Source: Sphaerodactylus townsendi
Taxonomy: Eukaryota
Length of the DNA stretch: 64,000 nt
Reading direction: 5' to 3'
Assembly: GCF_021028975.2 (NCBI RefSeq)
Contig: NC_059427.1
Location: forward strand, 128,898,001 to 128,962,000
Part shown: positions 49,085 to 63,142 of the stretch, piece by piece
Layout: each line of letters begins with the position of its first letter
Position numbering within the stretch: position 1 is the first letter of the stretch
Made by a program: the position numbers and the translations under genes
The notes under the pieces: generated by a model
Told to the model about the DNA's origin: nothing
Seen by the model: only the letters and a program-made list of their open reading frames with translations
The model's database searches: none

Positions 49085-49959
49085 ATTTTGCCCCACTCTT
49101 CCTACACAGGGCTCAGAGTTCAAAAAATACATGGTTCACTCTTCCCAGCTTTTTCCCCTTCAGTCTACCCTAGCCACACTATTGTCCCATACCAGCTAAA
49201 GACAAAAAGCAATCTTGCTCCAGGAAGCAGGGACACCTGCTCGATAAGAACAGGCCTCATCTTGCCCAGAATTCTACCTACAAAAATCAAACACCTCCAA
49301 AAGATGACAAGCAGGACATGCTGGTGATAGTGTCATCTAGCAAAGCCTCCTCCCCAACAATCCTTAACCACAGTTTGGATGGGGGTGTCATAGGCTACTG
49401 CTCTTTGCTACTACTTCTGATAGGTAGACTAATTTTACTAACAAAAGTTACAAATTACTGTTAGGAGAGCAGCAAATTTCACATTTTGAAACTCTCAGGT
49501 CGATGCTTTCTGCACTCAGTGATTTGTTAGTTCTGTCAATTAGCCCTAGAATTTAATTTTGGCACCTCCGTTCTTCAGATGCCCTCCCAGAAAATAATGG
49601 ATTTTACGTGGATGGATAACCACTTCGTGTCTTTCATAACAAAGACCTTCTTTCTTGTTTGTCATTTAATGGCTGAATCTGCCCCCTAGCTACTTTCACT
49701 CTCCTGACATATTTAAAAGTGTTTAAGCAGTATGTTGATTCCTGAAAACTTCATTTTGTTTGCCTTACCATCAGTTTATATTTCTCTTCCTACACTTAAA
49801 ACAGTTTTTTTTCTCTCACACACATGCACTCAAACTAAACAACCCCATTCTAGATGCCTAACCAGCAATAAGTATGAAGACATGTTCAATGTTCCTTATA
49901 AAAAAAATACAGGGAAGCTGGAACAGCAAAGAATTTACTGGGGTCAGGAAAGAGAAGGG

Positions 49960-50300
49960 GGAGGGGAGAAAAGAGATGGCAAAAACAATTAAAAATGTTT
50001 TTGCATCCAAAGAAGATTGGCTGGAAAGCAGAAAGTGTTTCATAATCAAAGGAAAAATGGACATTGAAAAAAGCTCCTGAGAAGTTTCACAGAAGGTTTT
50101 ATGAAAATAACTAACTACACATCTGTGAACCAACGCTGTGCCCCCAATATTGGGGAGGACAGCCTAGAAATGTGGAAAATAAAATATCTACTATATATTA
50201 AAAACTCTTTAATTCCACAATGCCATGAATTAGAAGACAAGGATATCAGCAATACCAATTGTGCCCTGCAAATGAATTGCCGCTGGATTTAACTTCACAG
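49960..50300 (+). mobile_element. L1 ORF2 fragment
   Basis: A-rich degenerate coding-like stretch (…SKEDWLESRKCFIIKGK…). Confidence 0.4.
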
Positions 50301-53254
50301 ACTAGAACTATGTATACGAGACCTGGTGCTGAAATGAACACTGAGCAACTGGTAGTTCTTCAAGCCAGAGTACCAAAGGATGCTGAAGCAATAAGCCAAA
50401 TGCAAAAACCTTACCCAGCTATCCTCCTAGGCAAAGGGCAAAGGTCCATTTGTAACACAAGTGTCATCAAGAAAGTCTTTAATCTTTTACCATCCCCAAG
50501 CAATTTCCTGGACATTAGAACATCAATAAAAGAATAACTCACTGAAAGAAGATGACATTCTGCATCAGTGCTCAGATCACAGGTATTTTTCTAAAGTCAA
50601 CAAGGGAACAGAGTCCTGCAAAAGCACTAAACCTCAGCCACTTTTTGAATGCTTCAAAGGACCCATAAAATTCAAATTCCCCCTTTGGATTATTTTCTGG
50701 TGTGCTACATTTGATGGAATGTTGAGACGTCCATGAAATAAGCCAAGAGCTGGAGTCCTGCCGTGCAGCAACCAACTTCAAGAGCACGCTGCAGCCTGGA
50801 GCTCACAGGGGTGCCCAATAATATGACAGCGAGATAATGGAAAGTCAGACTTGGCAGACTAGCTGCATGCGGCTTCAGGAAGAAGAGGAGGTGTTTGTAA
50901 CACCCTGAAAGGCAAAAATGCAGAGCTGCTCGCCACAAGCATGAATTACAAATTTATGCCCAGAGCAACTATTTAGAAAGTTCAAATACTTGTGCACTTT
51001 TGATGGTTTCATCTCACTGCGGAACCGCAGCTTTTGCAAGAGGTTTTGGCGACAGGTGGGAAACATGTGCGCAGATTAAATAAATAAATATGCTCTTAGA
51101 AGGGACAGCTCAGATTCATGGACGATGTACCTGTCGCAGGATTTTTCTTTCTTTTCTAACATTTCTAGTCTTACAAGGGGCTATATTTGAACACAAGGCC
51201 CAATCAGGTCAAGACACATTCCAAGTTTAAAAGAGACAGAATTAGCAACAGCTGGCTGAACGGAGAAGAAAAGATCTCCTAGAGTGCAACCCTGCATCTA
51301 CGAGATTTCTGAAAAGAGGAGGGATGTCTTAAAGTTTGCTTAGAGTTGAGTATCAATGGCATGACACTGATCTGAACGCTGTGGTATCACAGTCGCCAGC
51401 AGGCACCTCCAACCAGGAAAAGTGAACAGACAAGAAGTACTTCCCTGTGCAACTATCTGCTGGGAAAAGAACTATTTAAGCAGAACAGTTTGGTTCTGGA
51501 TGCTCTTCTTCATCTTAGGATAATCATCCAGGCAGCCATGAATCGAGCATCCAGGTGGAGATTGCAGCCTTGCTGCCAGTGCTGACTTGGTCTTTAAAAG
51601 GCCAACATAAAGAGAGTGGTAAAGACATAAAAGACTCGCCGGGCCAGAGGCCTTAGGCAAAATGCCTGGCTACAGGAAGCTGGGGCAAATCTGGCACTGA
51701 TGGTTTTCCTGTTTTTGTGATATTTAAGACACGGATGAGTCATGCTAGTTCTCATGGGAACCAGCAATGTCAGGAACAGGCTGCCATGGGTACAACACCC
51801 TCTGGCCCCGTCCCACCAGCATACGCTGATGCACACCACAGAAACGTGGCTCAGGAGACAAAAGGTATTTTTAAATATATATATATTTATATATATACAA
51901 GCACATCTTCACTCACTGAGACTGGGCAGCCAGTAACTGCAGTCAGCAATTTCTCACAGCTCAGAGGCCCTGCTCTCAATGCTGGGCTTCTGTTTGCACA
52001 GCAGTACTAATTCAGACAAATTTATGAAATTGTTTTCTGACAGAAAAAGAAATACCATACTAGGGACCACATACCTTATGCAGTGAACAGGCTTTTGTAT
52101 AGATGCTGCTTCAAGCCTCTCTGATTTTACATGCATCACCTTCTCTCTGACTGCAGGAGCTTAAACAGCATCTGTTCTCCTACCCAGCAAGACCACACGG
52201 CTTCTGTTGTACTGAAATTGCTGCTAACCTTCAGAGATAAGTGTACTCCATATTGCACAAACACTGACTTCTTGGGTTATTACCAAGATTTCTAAAAGCC
52301 CTTTCATCCAAGCGCTTAGCAACATATAACTTCCTTCCAAACCATTCCAATGCATATTCTTCCTTATACTAGAGAAGTTATTCCAGTTTATAATAGCCAA
52401 AATAAGTTGCCAAAAAAAGGGCTATTAAATTTTGGGAGATCAAACTGTGAAAACCTTTGCTCCAATAAATCATCTAATCAAAGTAATGTATTCTCTTCCC
52501 CCAGTTCTGCAACTGTTCAGAAGGCACACTGAGTGGCTAGAGCTTCACCTATCTAAAACACTAACTTAGATTTCATAACCAGTGTCTAAAGCCAGGTCTT
52601 TCGTATTTTCTGAGTTACAAATTGCTCATAAGAGCAGCCTTGACTAAACCTGCCACTGTCTTTATAATGTCACAAAAGCAAAGGGAGGAATAGAGTAAGC
52701 CTGACATGCACAGGATGACTAAATGTGCCAAAAAAGACCATGACTGACAAACAGCACAAATGTAGGTAATGAGTTACAAAAAGATCTGAACCAGACTGAA
52801 ATTACACCTAGGAAAATCACTAGTGTGATTTGCTGCTTATTCATAATGAGCCTCAAAACTGTTCAGAGAAATGAAAACGTGGATAACAGCAGTGATTCTC
52901 CACAGGGACCAAAGACTTGGTACACAGCATGACGGGAGGTGGTGGTATGCATGGGAAAGAAACTACTGGAGCTATCAAGCCATCTGTCTCTGTTGCATTC
53001 CACAGCTTTTAGCTGCATGTAAAATCAGAAACATAAAGAAGCAAAGGAGAACAGTCAAATACCACAGTCCCATAATACACCCCACTTGCAATTCACCACA
53101 AAAAACTCTTTAGAAGCATACAGCAAGTACGAGATTTACTCCTTTCACTTATGATATAATCAAAACAGTATGTAAAGCCAGAGACAGTAGCAAAAACAGC
53201 AGCCTAAAAGGCCAGATCACCAGACTATGAGGCAATCGTTCAGGAGAAAATAAC

Positions 53255-53600
53255 AAAAACCCAACCACTGGATCCAACCAGTGATCCATCTAGTCCAGCA
53301 TCCAGTCTCACACAGCAGCCAATCAGATACTATGGAGGGCAAACAGAGTATAGAGGCCAAAGTTGTTACCTGACATTGCCTCCTGGCACTGAAATTCAGA
53401 TGATTGATGCCTCTGAAAGTGGAGGTTTCCTTTAGTCGCCATGGCAAGTAGTCACTGATGGACCTATCCGCTATGATCTAATCTTATTTTAAAGTTGTCT
53501 ATGGTTGTGGCCTTCACTACATCCCCTGACAGAAAATTCCAGATTTCAATCACCTGTTATGAAAAGAACATCTTGATTCTACTGTCCATCAGCTTCACTG
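53255..53600 (-). mobile_element. Old CR1 3' fragment
   Basis: ctggatc...ccatctagtccagcatcc...tctcacacagcagccaatcagat...tagtcactgatggacctatcc. Confidence 0.65.
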
Positions 53601-53639
53601 GATAATACTGACTACCTAAGTTAGGAAGCATTCTTATAC

Positions 53640-54500
53640 CCAAAAATGGAGCAAAACAAAGATTCTTGGACAAATTTCTGGGATGTTCCTGCAGGGGGTG
53701 CATTCTTTGATGTATTGGCACCAAAATTTCAGGGTATCATCTGGAAACTGTCATGATGGGACCCCCCAATTTTGGTGCAGTTTGGTTTAGCGGGTCCAAA
53801 GTTATGGACCCTCAAATGGGGTGCCCCATCCTTCATTCTTTGCTAAGGAGATGGGGGCTACCCTTTTGAGGGTCCATAACTTTGGACCCCCTGAATCAAA
53901 CTGCACCAAACTTGGGGGATCCCATCAGGACAGCCTCTACATGATATCCTGAAATTTTGGTGCTGATATGTCCAAAAATGCATCCCTGCAGGAACATCCC
54001 AGAAATTTGCCCAAGAATCTTTGTTCTGCATTGAGTTTTCTGCATTGCTGTCAATGGGGATTGCAGGCTGGGGGAAGGGGGCACATTTCTGAAGGCACAG
54101 TCTCAAAACTTTCATGGTCTCATCAGGAGACCTCCCTAATGATACCCCCAGATTTGGTGCAGTTTGGTTCAGGGGGGCCAAAGTTATGGACCCTCAAAAC
54201 TGTAGCCCCCATCTCCTATTAGCTCTCATTGGAAACAATGGGGGATGGGGGCACCCCCTTTGGGAGTCCATACCTTTGGACTCTCTGAACCAAACCTCAT
54301 CAAACTTGGGGGGTAGCATAAGGACAGTCTCCTGATGATATGCTGAAATTTTGGTGCTGCTAGCCTAAAAACTGCACCCCCTGCAGGCCAAAAATAGAAA
54401 ACCACTAAAAATACCCAAAAATGAACCCTGCATTTTGATGCCCCCCACAAGGTGGTGCCGTGGGCAGCTGCCCACCTTGCCCAATGGGCATTACGCCCCT
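53640..54500. mobile_element. Truncated DNA transposon (hAT-like) made of inverted-repeat modules
   Basis: Arms of about 175 bp (about 53656-53830 and 53850-54025) plus a second hairpin module; right TIR ttacgcccctg; related fragment at about 44790-45100. Confidence 0.6.
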
Positions 54501-56135
54501 GCTTCTAGGTATTACTGCATAGACTAGGGATGGTTGCATCCCACACAAGTACACTCAAACAAGACTGCCAGTTGAAACATCTGCCGACTCCCATTCTGGA
54601 AGTTAGCCACCTCAGCTGTAGATAAGGGACATGAGCTCCCCAAAGACAAGGTAAGCTGACAATGGAAAATGCCAGTTATGGCGGGTAAATAAACTTGTAT
54701 CACCTATGCCTCGTGCTCTCTGTTGAAAGACAGGCACGAAGTGTTGTTTTGAAAACAAATATTAGCCTGAAAAAACTCCCCAGCAATGACATGTGAACAG
54801 CACAGGGACTGCACTACTTCCAATTCCCCCTTCCCAAGCATGAGTAATGCACAAGACCAGCCTGCTCTTGAAGCAGCCAAGACCATCAAGAAACGAATGA
54901 TATCCTAGGCTTGGAAGTGACATCAGAACCTGGAGAGAGATTGCCCCAGCTGGGCTGTAAGATCCGCCTCAGCAGCAAGGAGGGGGGGGGGGGGGGGGGA
55001 AAGGAAACTAATTTGGTGCTGTGGCTTTGTTTTGAAAGGAGCAAAAAACTGAGGGTGGACTGATAGCCCATCGGAGCTCAAGAGAAACCAAATCGGGGGA
55101 AAATTAGTTTGACCCCGCTGCAGATGTTTTGTTGGCCAGGTCTTGTGCATGCCTTTGGGAGTTATTACTGCCATGGTGACAACATTATTTGAATCTGAAC
55201 GGCTGCTATAACTTCGTGTTACATATTTTACTTGTAAGCTGCCTCGAAATCATTTGTGGAAAAGATGTAGATATGTGGAAAAATTAAACTTCATTTTCCC
55301 CATTTCAAAATCTTCTGGTTTAGGACGCGAAAAAAAGTTGAACACTGAGGAAAAACTACCTCCAATTTTCAGTGTGGCCTGAAAGATTTCAACAACGAGA
55401 AAAATGCTGATAGCAAAAGGAGTCAGGCTCCACACTGGAATTTGGCTACAGTGATGCCTTTCCTTGCATATTTTGCTCTCTTCACTTTACCGCCCCCCAA
55501 GGAGCTGACTTAATCCTTGTTTTCCATTTTGTTGCTTTATATTCTGTAGCTATTGACACTGCTCACCAGGCAGCTTTAGAAGTATATTCCATACAACAAA
55601 AGCGATTCTCACTGGCTGTCAGAATCCTGCAGCTTTTATTGCTGCATCATTTTGCTTCAGTGAACACTTCACCTAAACATAATTGGGCAGAAGAAACACC
55701 AAACAATATCTAGGGAGTAAAAGTAAACTGAAGGGTGGCAGCCGCAGCCAAACAGAAGTAGTATCACTAATTTAGAAGACTAGCCAGAAGGCACAAAGCA
55801 GCACACCGCAGATCTCGCACTGTTGCTGTGGAAAGCCTGAAGAACGATGGGAGCACTCTGGAAAAAGGGGAAGTGGAACTTATGCAATAACTGAGGCATG
55901 GAGCTTATGCAATAACAGATGAACACATTGTTTTCACACACACTACTGTTGCTAGGTTTTATACAAAAGAATTCACATTCCAGCTGTTCTTCAGTCACAG
56001 GGCTTTTTTTTACCATGATCCTTTGATTACCCCACCCCCTAACCTTGAGGTGCTCAGAGGATTCCTCAAAGACTCAAGAAAGATGCTGCAAAAACTGCAG
56101 AAGACTTAAGGCCCAACTACCAAGATTGGGAGCTT

Positions 56136-56657
56136 AAGAAAGATTTAAAGGCTCACAAACATCATTTTAGGAGCAGCAGAGGGCTGTGTTGATGCATCTG
56201 CCCCTCCACCCAGCATAAGGTCCTTACACGTTGGAAAAGAGCGAACGAACTGGCACCCTTCAGCTCCATGGTGGGCAAACCCAGAAATGGGCTCTGCCAT
56301 TGAGTTAATGCTGGCATCCAAGTAGATGCCAGTGGGACTAAGAAGATTTAAGGCTCAAACATCATTTGGGAGCAGCAGAGGGCTGTGTTGATGCATCTGC
56401 CCCCTCCACCAGCATAAGGGTCACCCACACCGGTGGAAAGAGCGAACGAACTGGCACCCTTCAGCTCCATGGTGGGCAAACCCAGAAATGGGCTCTGCGG
56501 GCTGTGTCGCACCAGAGGCGTCCACCAGCATAAGGGTCACCCATTAATCGTGGTGGAAAGAGCTAACGAATCATAACCCTTCAGCTCCATGGTGGGCAAA
56601 CCCAGAAATGGGCTCTGCCATTGAGTTAATGCTGGCATCCAAGTAGATGCCAGTGGG
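56136..56657. repeat. Imperfect tandem triplication of a 160-200 bp unit
   Basis: Three identical copies of cccttcagctccatggtgggcaaacccagaaatgggctctgc with indel-rich flanks. Confidence 0.85.
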
Positions 56658-57387
56658 GGGGGGGGCACCAGGGCGTCCTTGGGGGTGGAGCTGACTTTAG
56701 TCGGCTTCCACCACGGTTCCAGTCTGGGAATGCCGCCCTCCAAGCCCACAGACATGAAAGTGCAGAATAAGCCTGTTTCAGCTATGGGGCGATTTGGGCA
56801 GCAGGAGGGTTTTTAAATTTCCCTCCTTTCCACACCACCCAAAGGCCCTTTCGGAGGTGGCATGGCTCTGCCTTCACCACACTGCCCCTGACTGCCGCAG
56901 CCCTCCCCCCCACTCAATCTGGATTGTGCTGCCTGTGTATCAGTTGGGAATCCAAGCTTAAATGACACTCCGGAATTAGACTGTTCAGCTGAGAAGTGAA
57001 CCACTGTAAATTCAAGCCAACTGCTCCAGCACAGGATGTGGCGCGATAATGACATCTTACTCTTGTGCATTGTTAAGCCACACAGATACTTTCCAAAGCA
57101 CGCCAGAGGAGGGGAGTGGCCAGAAAGATTGCTGCCTGTGCAAAGATCAGAAAGAGGTGAGTTGTCATGGGAAACCTACTCTGGAGCTCCCCAAAATTAC
57201 ATTTTCCTCCAGGGCAGAAGAAACCATCTGTTCTTAAGAACTGGGTAGAGGCTACCCCCACAGACTGCAACAGACATCTCATTCCCAAAGAGAAGCAGCA
57301 GAGTGGGAAAGAATCTTCATATTACTGTTATTTTCAGAGAGAGGCAAGGGCCACACAGAAATACAAATGGAGGTTATCAATACTTGC

Positions 57388-57548
57388 CTTATAAAACACA
57401 TCAGGAACATATTGCTCACTGCTGGATTCTTTTGCATAGCCAAGTTCTGGAGCATCACGGCATGGCAGCAGGCACTCATCACGCACCAGGGCCATGCACT
57501 GATTGGATACCTGGTAGCCCTCAAAGTGGACTTGGTTGTCAGGACCAC
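57388..57548 (-). CDS. NPLOC4: NPLOC4 internal exon (GC donor)
   Basis: GPDNQVHFEGYQVSNQCMALVRDECLLPCRDAPELGYAKESSSEQYVPDVFYK; 161 nt; donor AAG|GCAAGT. Confidence 0.96.
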
Positions 57549-59092
57549 CTGAAAAATAAATTATCTTTCAGCTACTAAAGAGGGAAAAGGCAGATGTACA
57601 GAACTTGTAGGCTGCTCCAAACAGCAACCATAAATTGTCATCTCTGGATATAATGAACTGGCCAGATGTATTTTTTCCCTTACATGGTTTTATAATGGCT
57701 GACTGGGTCTCTCTATTCACGCAGCAACAAGCAGCAGCTATCAAACTGCTCCTTTTGTGATTTTTATATTGCGGTCTACTACAAGCCATTTTAAAAAATC
57801 CTTGGAACAGCCTAATAAGAGGAGCATTTCAGTAGGTAGACAAAGTGTTGGCATACAAAGTGCTGGCACAGACTGTACTTTTTAAAAACAAAATTATGTA
57901 TCTTTATGGTAAGGCTGAGCTCAGCTACATTTCAACTGTCCTCGTCTTGCCTAAGAATGCCACTGAATACTACTTTAAAAATCTCATCCACATTCAGGAA
58001 TTTGCAAACTTTGGTTAACAACCTGAATTGTGTGTGTGTGTTTTTTTTAAATCCAAGGAGGGGGTGCCACAAGGATCACAGATATCTCTCATGTTTCCCT
58101 CCCTTCCAGAAGCCCTTTCCAACTTGAGGAAATATAATTCCAGGGTTGCAGGACTGCACAGTTTATTAGTCACGTGGGTTGGGAGGCTGCAGTAACTGAG
58201 GGATACTGGAGATGCAGGAAAGATATGTGACCATCGGCACTTTTCATTGATGGATCGCAGGATCCAACCTAAGCTAAGCTTACCAATAGTTTTGCAGCAA
58301 CACACACATAGCAAACAATATAAATAAGAAGGCTAACTGATGTCTATCAAAACACTCTCTGCAACTATGCAAAATCTCTAACTGGAAGCTGAGAAACTCA
58401 TAATTCCGCAAAGCGCATGGAGGCCACAAGCTCTGTGTCACCCCCGACACAGGCTAAGCCAAGTTCTACCTTTGCCTTTATGTTACAATACTCTTCAGAT
58501 ATTTTCTCAAAGCTCAACATAGAGAAAGATGGTCTCCCAATCCCCAAAAGCCAATTTCAAACCCAAACATCCATGTAATGTTCATCCTGCATTTACCTCA
58601 TGGGACCAAGCAGGGGGACCATGTTTACTATTCCAAACACATTTAGGCTAGTGTAGCAAGAAGGTCAGCTACGAGCAAATATATAGCATCCCTGTCAGCA
58701 ATGGACAGACAGGGACAAGCATGACACAAATTATGAGTGACTACCTGCAGCTGGTTCTTTGCATGGGTGACAGAATCACAGTGCTTTCAATTTGAGCAAT
58801 TTAAACATCAGCCAGTTACACATTAGACAAGAGACACAATGTCAAAGAAAACTGAGCATATGCAAATGAGGAGGATGGCATTTGCTGGAGTTGATGAGAT
58901 ACATATATGAAAATTTAATACTACAAATCATGTACATGCATTTATTTTACAGACACCATGGAGTCAAAATGTTTGGCCCTGATTTAACCAGGGGGGAGAA
59001 GGGGTTATCTGTAACAGATGTTCCAAAAAAAGGAGCTTCCGTTCTCAGTCACATACAACTCTGCAAAAGAACACAAAATTTTGCACGCACAC

Positions 59093-59228
59093 CAGTGGTG
59101 GGATTCAGCAGGTTCGCACCACTTTGGTAGAACCGGTTGTTAAAATGGTGCTTGTAAACAACCAGTTGTTAAATTATTTGAATCCCACCACCGGAACCGG
59201 TTGTTAAATTATCTGAATCCCACCACTG
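59093..59228. mobile_element. hAT MITE, CAGTGGTGGGATTC family
   Basis: TSD acgcacac / acacacac; closely similar to 48949-49084. Confidence 0.8.
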
Positions 59229-61392
59229 ACACACACTAATTCAATGTAACCACAGTCTCCTCTGTCAGTTGAATGGTCATATCTTTCGGACTAACTTGAA
59301 GTATTTAGGAGGAAACTGTAGAATGATACCATTCATTCAAGTGGTTTACAGAAAATGGTATTATATATTTTAAAACCTTCAAGAACATATCTGTATCCTG
59401 ATGTTCCCAAGGTAAGAAAGCCATAAAACATCGACAAATACATATTTTATAGAAAATGCTACATATTCATATTTTATTCCTTGTTCTAATAGACCCCTAA
59501 ACTAGACAAATACGCTTTTGAGGAATGAAGTTTCAGAGTAAGGTCTGCTTCTGCAGCAAGTATTTATGAACCCATCTGCTCACCATGTGTCACAAAATTC
59601 TACTGAAACTTCTAGACACTCTCAGTCATAGAAACCCTCCGGGGGTGGGGGGGAAGAAAATATTTGTTGGTTTCCCAAACTACAAATAAGAGGATGTATT
59701 CACTTGATCCTTCGAGATATTTCTTGCGCCAATTCATTACACATTTTTAGAAGGCAAAATGTGGGTGATGCAATGACTAATGAACCATAGCATACCAGTT
59801 GCCAAGAAGTTGAGTAATTTTTTTCTCTTAGTTACTAGCATTTCCCCAAATGGAAAGGCCCTGTGAATTGGATACATGAGGAAAACAAGCCTTGTGAGAA
59901 TATTTAAGGTCTTCATTACATGGCAAAAAGCCGTTAAAACTTCCCACAAGGCACTACCCAATTTCCAAACCATAAAACCAGGGGAACACAGAGGGAGAAA
60001 AGAGAGCAAGGGAGGCTGCAGCAGAGGGAAGCAGAAAGGGGTGAAATCACCTTGTTTCTACCATTAGCAGAGGTCTACTGACAAAAGAGAGGATAACTAC
60101 ATTCCATTCACCCCTCTCCGTTGCAGCCACCTGAACTATATGGTTCTTAGACCAAATGGGCCCCACAACCCTAAGAGTGAACTTTCCAAGGGGTGGGAAA
60201 AATTGCACAGGATAAGGGAACACAAGAAATTTCTACAACTTCTAGTGCCTGTCACTGACAGATCGTAGAATCCAACTGGATTCTCACTTATTAGAGAGGG
60301 TTGCTCAGTTTGTTTACTGCTACATTTTTTCCTTAACTATATTAATGGTGGCATTTTGCCTTTATTCAGGCTAAAAATTTGCTCTAGCTGCTAACCTGAT
60401 TGTCAACCTTTGTAGCTTGTGATCATCAATTATCATTAACAACCACTAACAGCAAACATGCAATCACTCAGCACTTTCATCTAGTAAAACTAGACTGTAA
60501 GTAGTTCAAGACAGAGGCTGTTAAAGTTTCAGAGCTTTTTAAACCACTGCTTTTATAGACTAATTTATTTTATTGTATTAATTTGCAGCGTTTTTAAAAT
60601 TGTTATTGTATTTATTGTATTTTTATTGCAAACCAAAAGGTATTTTATTAATTGCTGTTAGCTGCTTCGAGTCTCACTTTGTGATGGAAGAATGCAATAT
60701 AAATTGAAGTAGATAAATAAATCATAATAGATATCCTTCAATTCATTGTTCATATAAAAGGGACTGGGCCCTGCATTCACATACCCCACATTCTCCTTTC
60801 ATATGTGGTGTCTTCCTTCCTTATCTGGCATGCACAACCACAATTTGCTAGAACATTCAGCTGAGGCAACCAGTGATTTGTGGAAACCAGGTGTACCTCT
60901 CAACTATGGTTTGCAAACCCACTTCAAATTAAAATTTCAAATATTGTATGGAGGCACTTTCTGGTTAACAGATAATTTACATAATTCTTCTAGTATAGCA
61001 GGCTACGGTTACAAAGATTAGGAAGGAGAAATGGAAGTAGAGGCATCCAACCCATGGCACATTTTTAAAATTCCTAACCATGGTTTGAAGAACTGAGAAC
61101 ATGATGTCTGAAATGAGGCACAGATTTTAGTGTGCTATGATGCTTTTGGTACATTCAAAAAGGTATAAAGCAGGAATCAGAACAGAAAGTATCCCATCTG
61201 GTTGACTGTACTGACTCACTCTGTGTAATCCACCTTGAGTCCCTGTGAGAAAGGCAGACTACAAATAATGTAAATAAATAAAGCAAAAGAGAGCCTATTT
61301 TACCTGGCTGATCTGAAAAAAACCTGGAAAATTTGACTGCTTTATTTCTATGTACTTCAGGCAACTGAGAAACAGACTGTATTTTTTTTTAC

Positions 61393-61519
61393 CTGTTGCC
61401 ACAACAGTTACAAACTTGGATCCAAAGTGACCATCCGGAGACAGGCGGCATATATTTGGTTGCTGGTTCTGAAAATGCCCAGCTGTGATGCACTCTTCTG
61501 CGCTGAGGAAATAGGCATC
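61393..61519 (-). CDS. NPLOC4: NPLOC4 (NPL4 homolog, p97/VCP-UFD1 cofactor), internal exon
   Basis: [42 protein letters not shown](G); AG/GT boundaries; 127 nt, phases 0/1. Upstream exons lie beyond the window. Confidence 0.96.
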
Positions 61520-62349
61520 CTAAAAAAAAAGTTGTGGGGGAGGGAGAGAATAAAAATGGAAGGTAAAATGATGGATTCTTTGCACTGGGCTGTATTATAG
61601 GAGCCAGTACCACCCATTGAGACTTCATTTTAAGAAAGTAACTTCACAATTCATAACGTGTTGGGAAACCATCAAAATCTAGAGTCATAGGCTTCATCTA
61701 TATACATTAAAACCCTATTTGCAGCCAGCTGAGTGTCTATCACCTTACAAAATAGGGGTAACAATAATTCAAGGGGTCTGAAGGCTTTTATTTATAAGCT
61801 GTTTAAGAGGTCTCAAGGCCTTTATTTAGAAGTTGAACACCTGTGTTTTGCATAGTTTTAGTTTCAGCAAGCAATTCCTAGGATACTGGGAAAACTTAGA
61901 GAAATACATTCAAGCATCTTTATTTGGTGGCTGATCTCCAAAGCCATAACTACTGAAAGTGCTTCGTGGTAACCAAGGTTACCTCTAAACCATGGTTTCC
62001 AAACCTACTTCATTTTAAATTTTATGAAAGTTTTGACTGCCTGGAAGCCAGCAAAAATCTAGCTGAGAAATAAGAGTCTTAAATGTTATATATAATGTGG
62101 GGGCTGCATGCTCACCACTGACTCTTACTGGGCAGATGTTAAGAATGGAAGGTAGCAGAAAGGAGGTTGAGGAAAAACTAATCAATGACTTTCCCAGAAA
62201 AGATTCATTTCACTGTTGGATATTTCACTGGCAGAATACAAGTCAATGCTTGGCAATCACATAGACAGCACTTTTGCTTTAATGCTTGTTGAAAGTTTAG
62301 GCAGCATCTCTCACAGGAGAAAAGGTGAAGGAAGGAACCATTCTATACT

Positions 62350-62868
62350 ATTTTTATTTATTTATTTATTTTATTTAATATACCGCCCCATCCCCGAAGG
62401 GCTTTGGGTAGTACAACATAAAATAGTATATATAAAATCAGCATGAATATAATTCCAAAAATACACTTAAAACAGTAATTGTTCCCAGAAAAAGGCGTCT
62501 CACGAAACCTTACTTAAACTAAAACTTAAACTTAACCCTCCTAAAAAGGAGAAGGGGGGGGGGAGGTAGTGGGTCCTGATGACATTGAAGACCCAGAAAG
62601 TAAGGGGGGGGGGCACACTCAGCGGCTGGTCTCTTCAAAGGCCTGGTGGAACAACTCAGTCTTACAGGCCCTGCGGAAATCACCAAGGTCCCGCAGGGCC
62701 CAGACAGCTGGAGGGAGAGTGTTCCACCAGGCAGGGGCCAGAGCCGTGAAGGCCCTGGGCCGGGTGGAGGCCAGCCGCATCATTGAGGGGCCAGGGATCT
62801 CCAGTAAGTTGGCCTCTGCCGAACGGAGAGGACGAACTGGGACATAAGGGGTAATGCGGTCCTGAAGG
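62350..62868 (-). mobile_element. L2 LINE 3' fragment
   Basis: (TTTA)n tail, ataccgccccatccccgaagggct, and gtgttccaccaggcaggggccagagccgtgaaggccc. Confidence 0.75.
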
Positions 62869-62872
62869 TGTA

Positions 62873-63142
62873 AGTGTAAGTGTAGTGGTTAAGACCAGGT
62901 GGACTGTAATCTAGAGAACCAGATTTGACTCTCCTCTCCTCCACATGAATGGCAGATTCTTCTCTGGTGAACCAGACATTCCCGCTGGGTGACCTTGGGC
63001 TAGTCACCGTTCATTCAGAACTCTCTCAGCCCCACCTACCTCACAAGGTGGGAGAGGAAGGGCAAGGAGTTTGGAAGCCACCTTGAGTCTCCTTACAGGA
63101 AAGAAAAGGTGGGGTATAAATCCAAACTCTTCTTCTACTACT
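62873..63142 (+). mobile_element. tRNA-derived squamate SINE
   Basis: tgtagtggttaaga...gctgggtgaccttgggctagtca...ggggtataaatccaaactcttcttc. Confidence 0.8.

Noticed and set aside
55780-56016. ATG-initiated 78-aa ORF in the NPLOC4 intron
   Set aside because: No recognisable domain, splice context or promoter; the length is within chance expectation.
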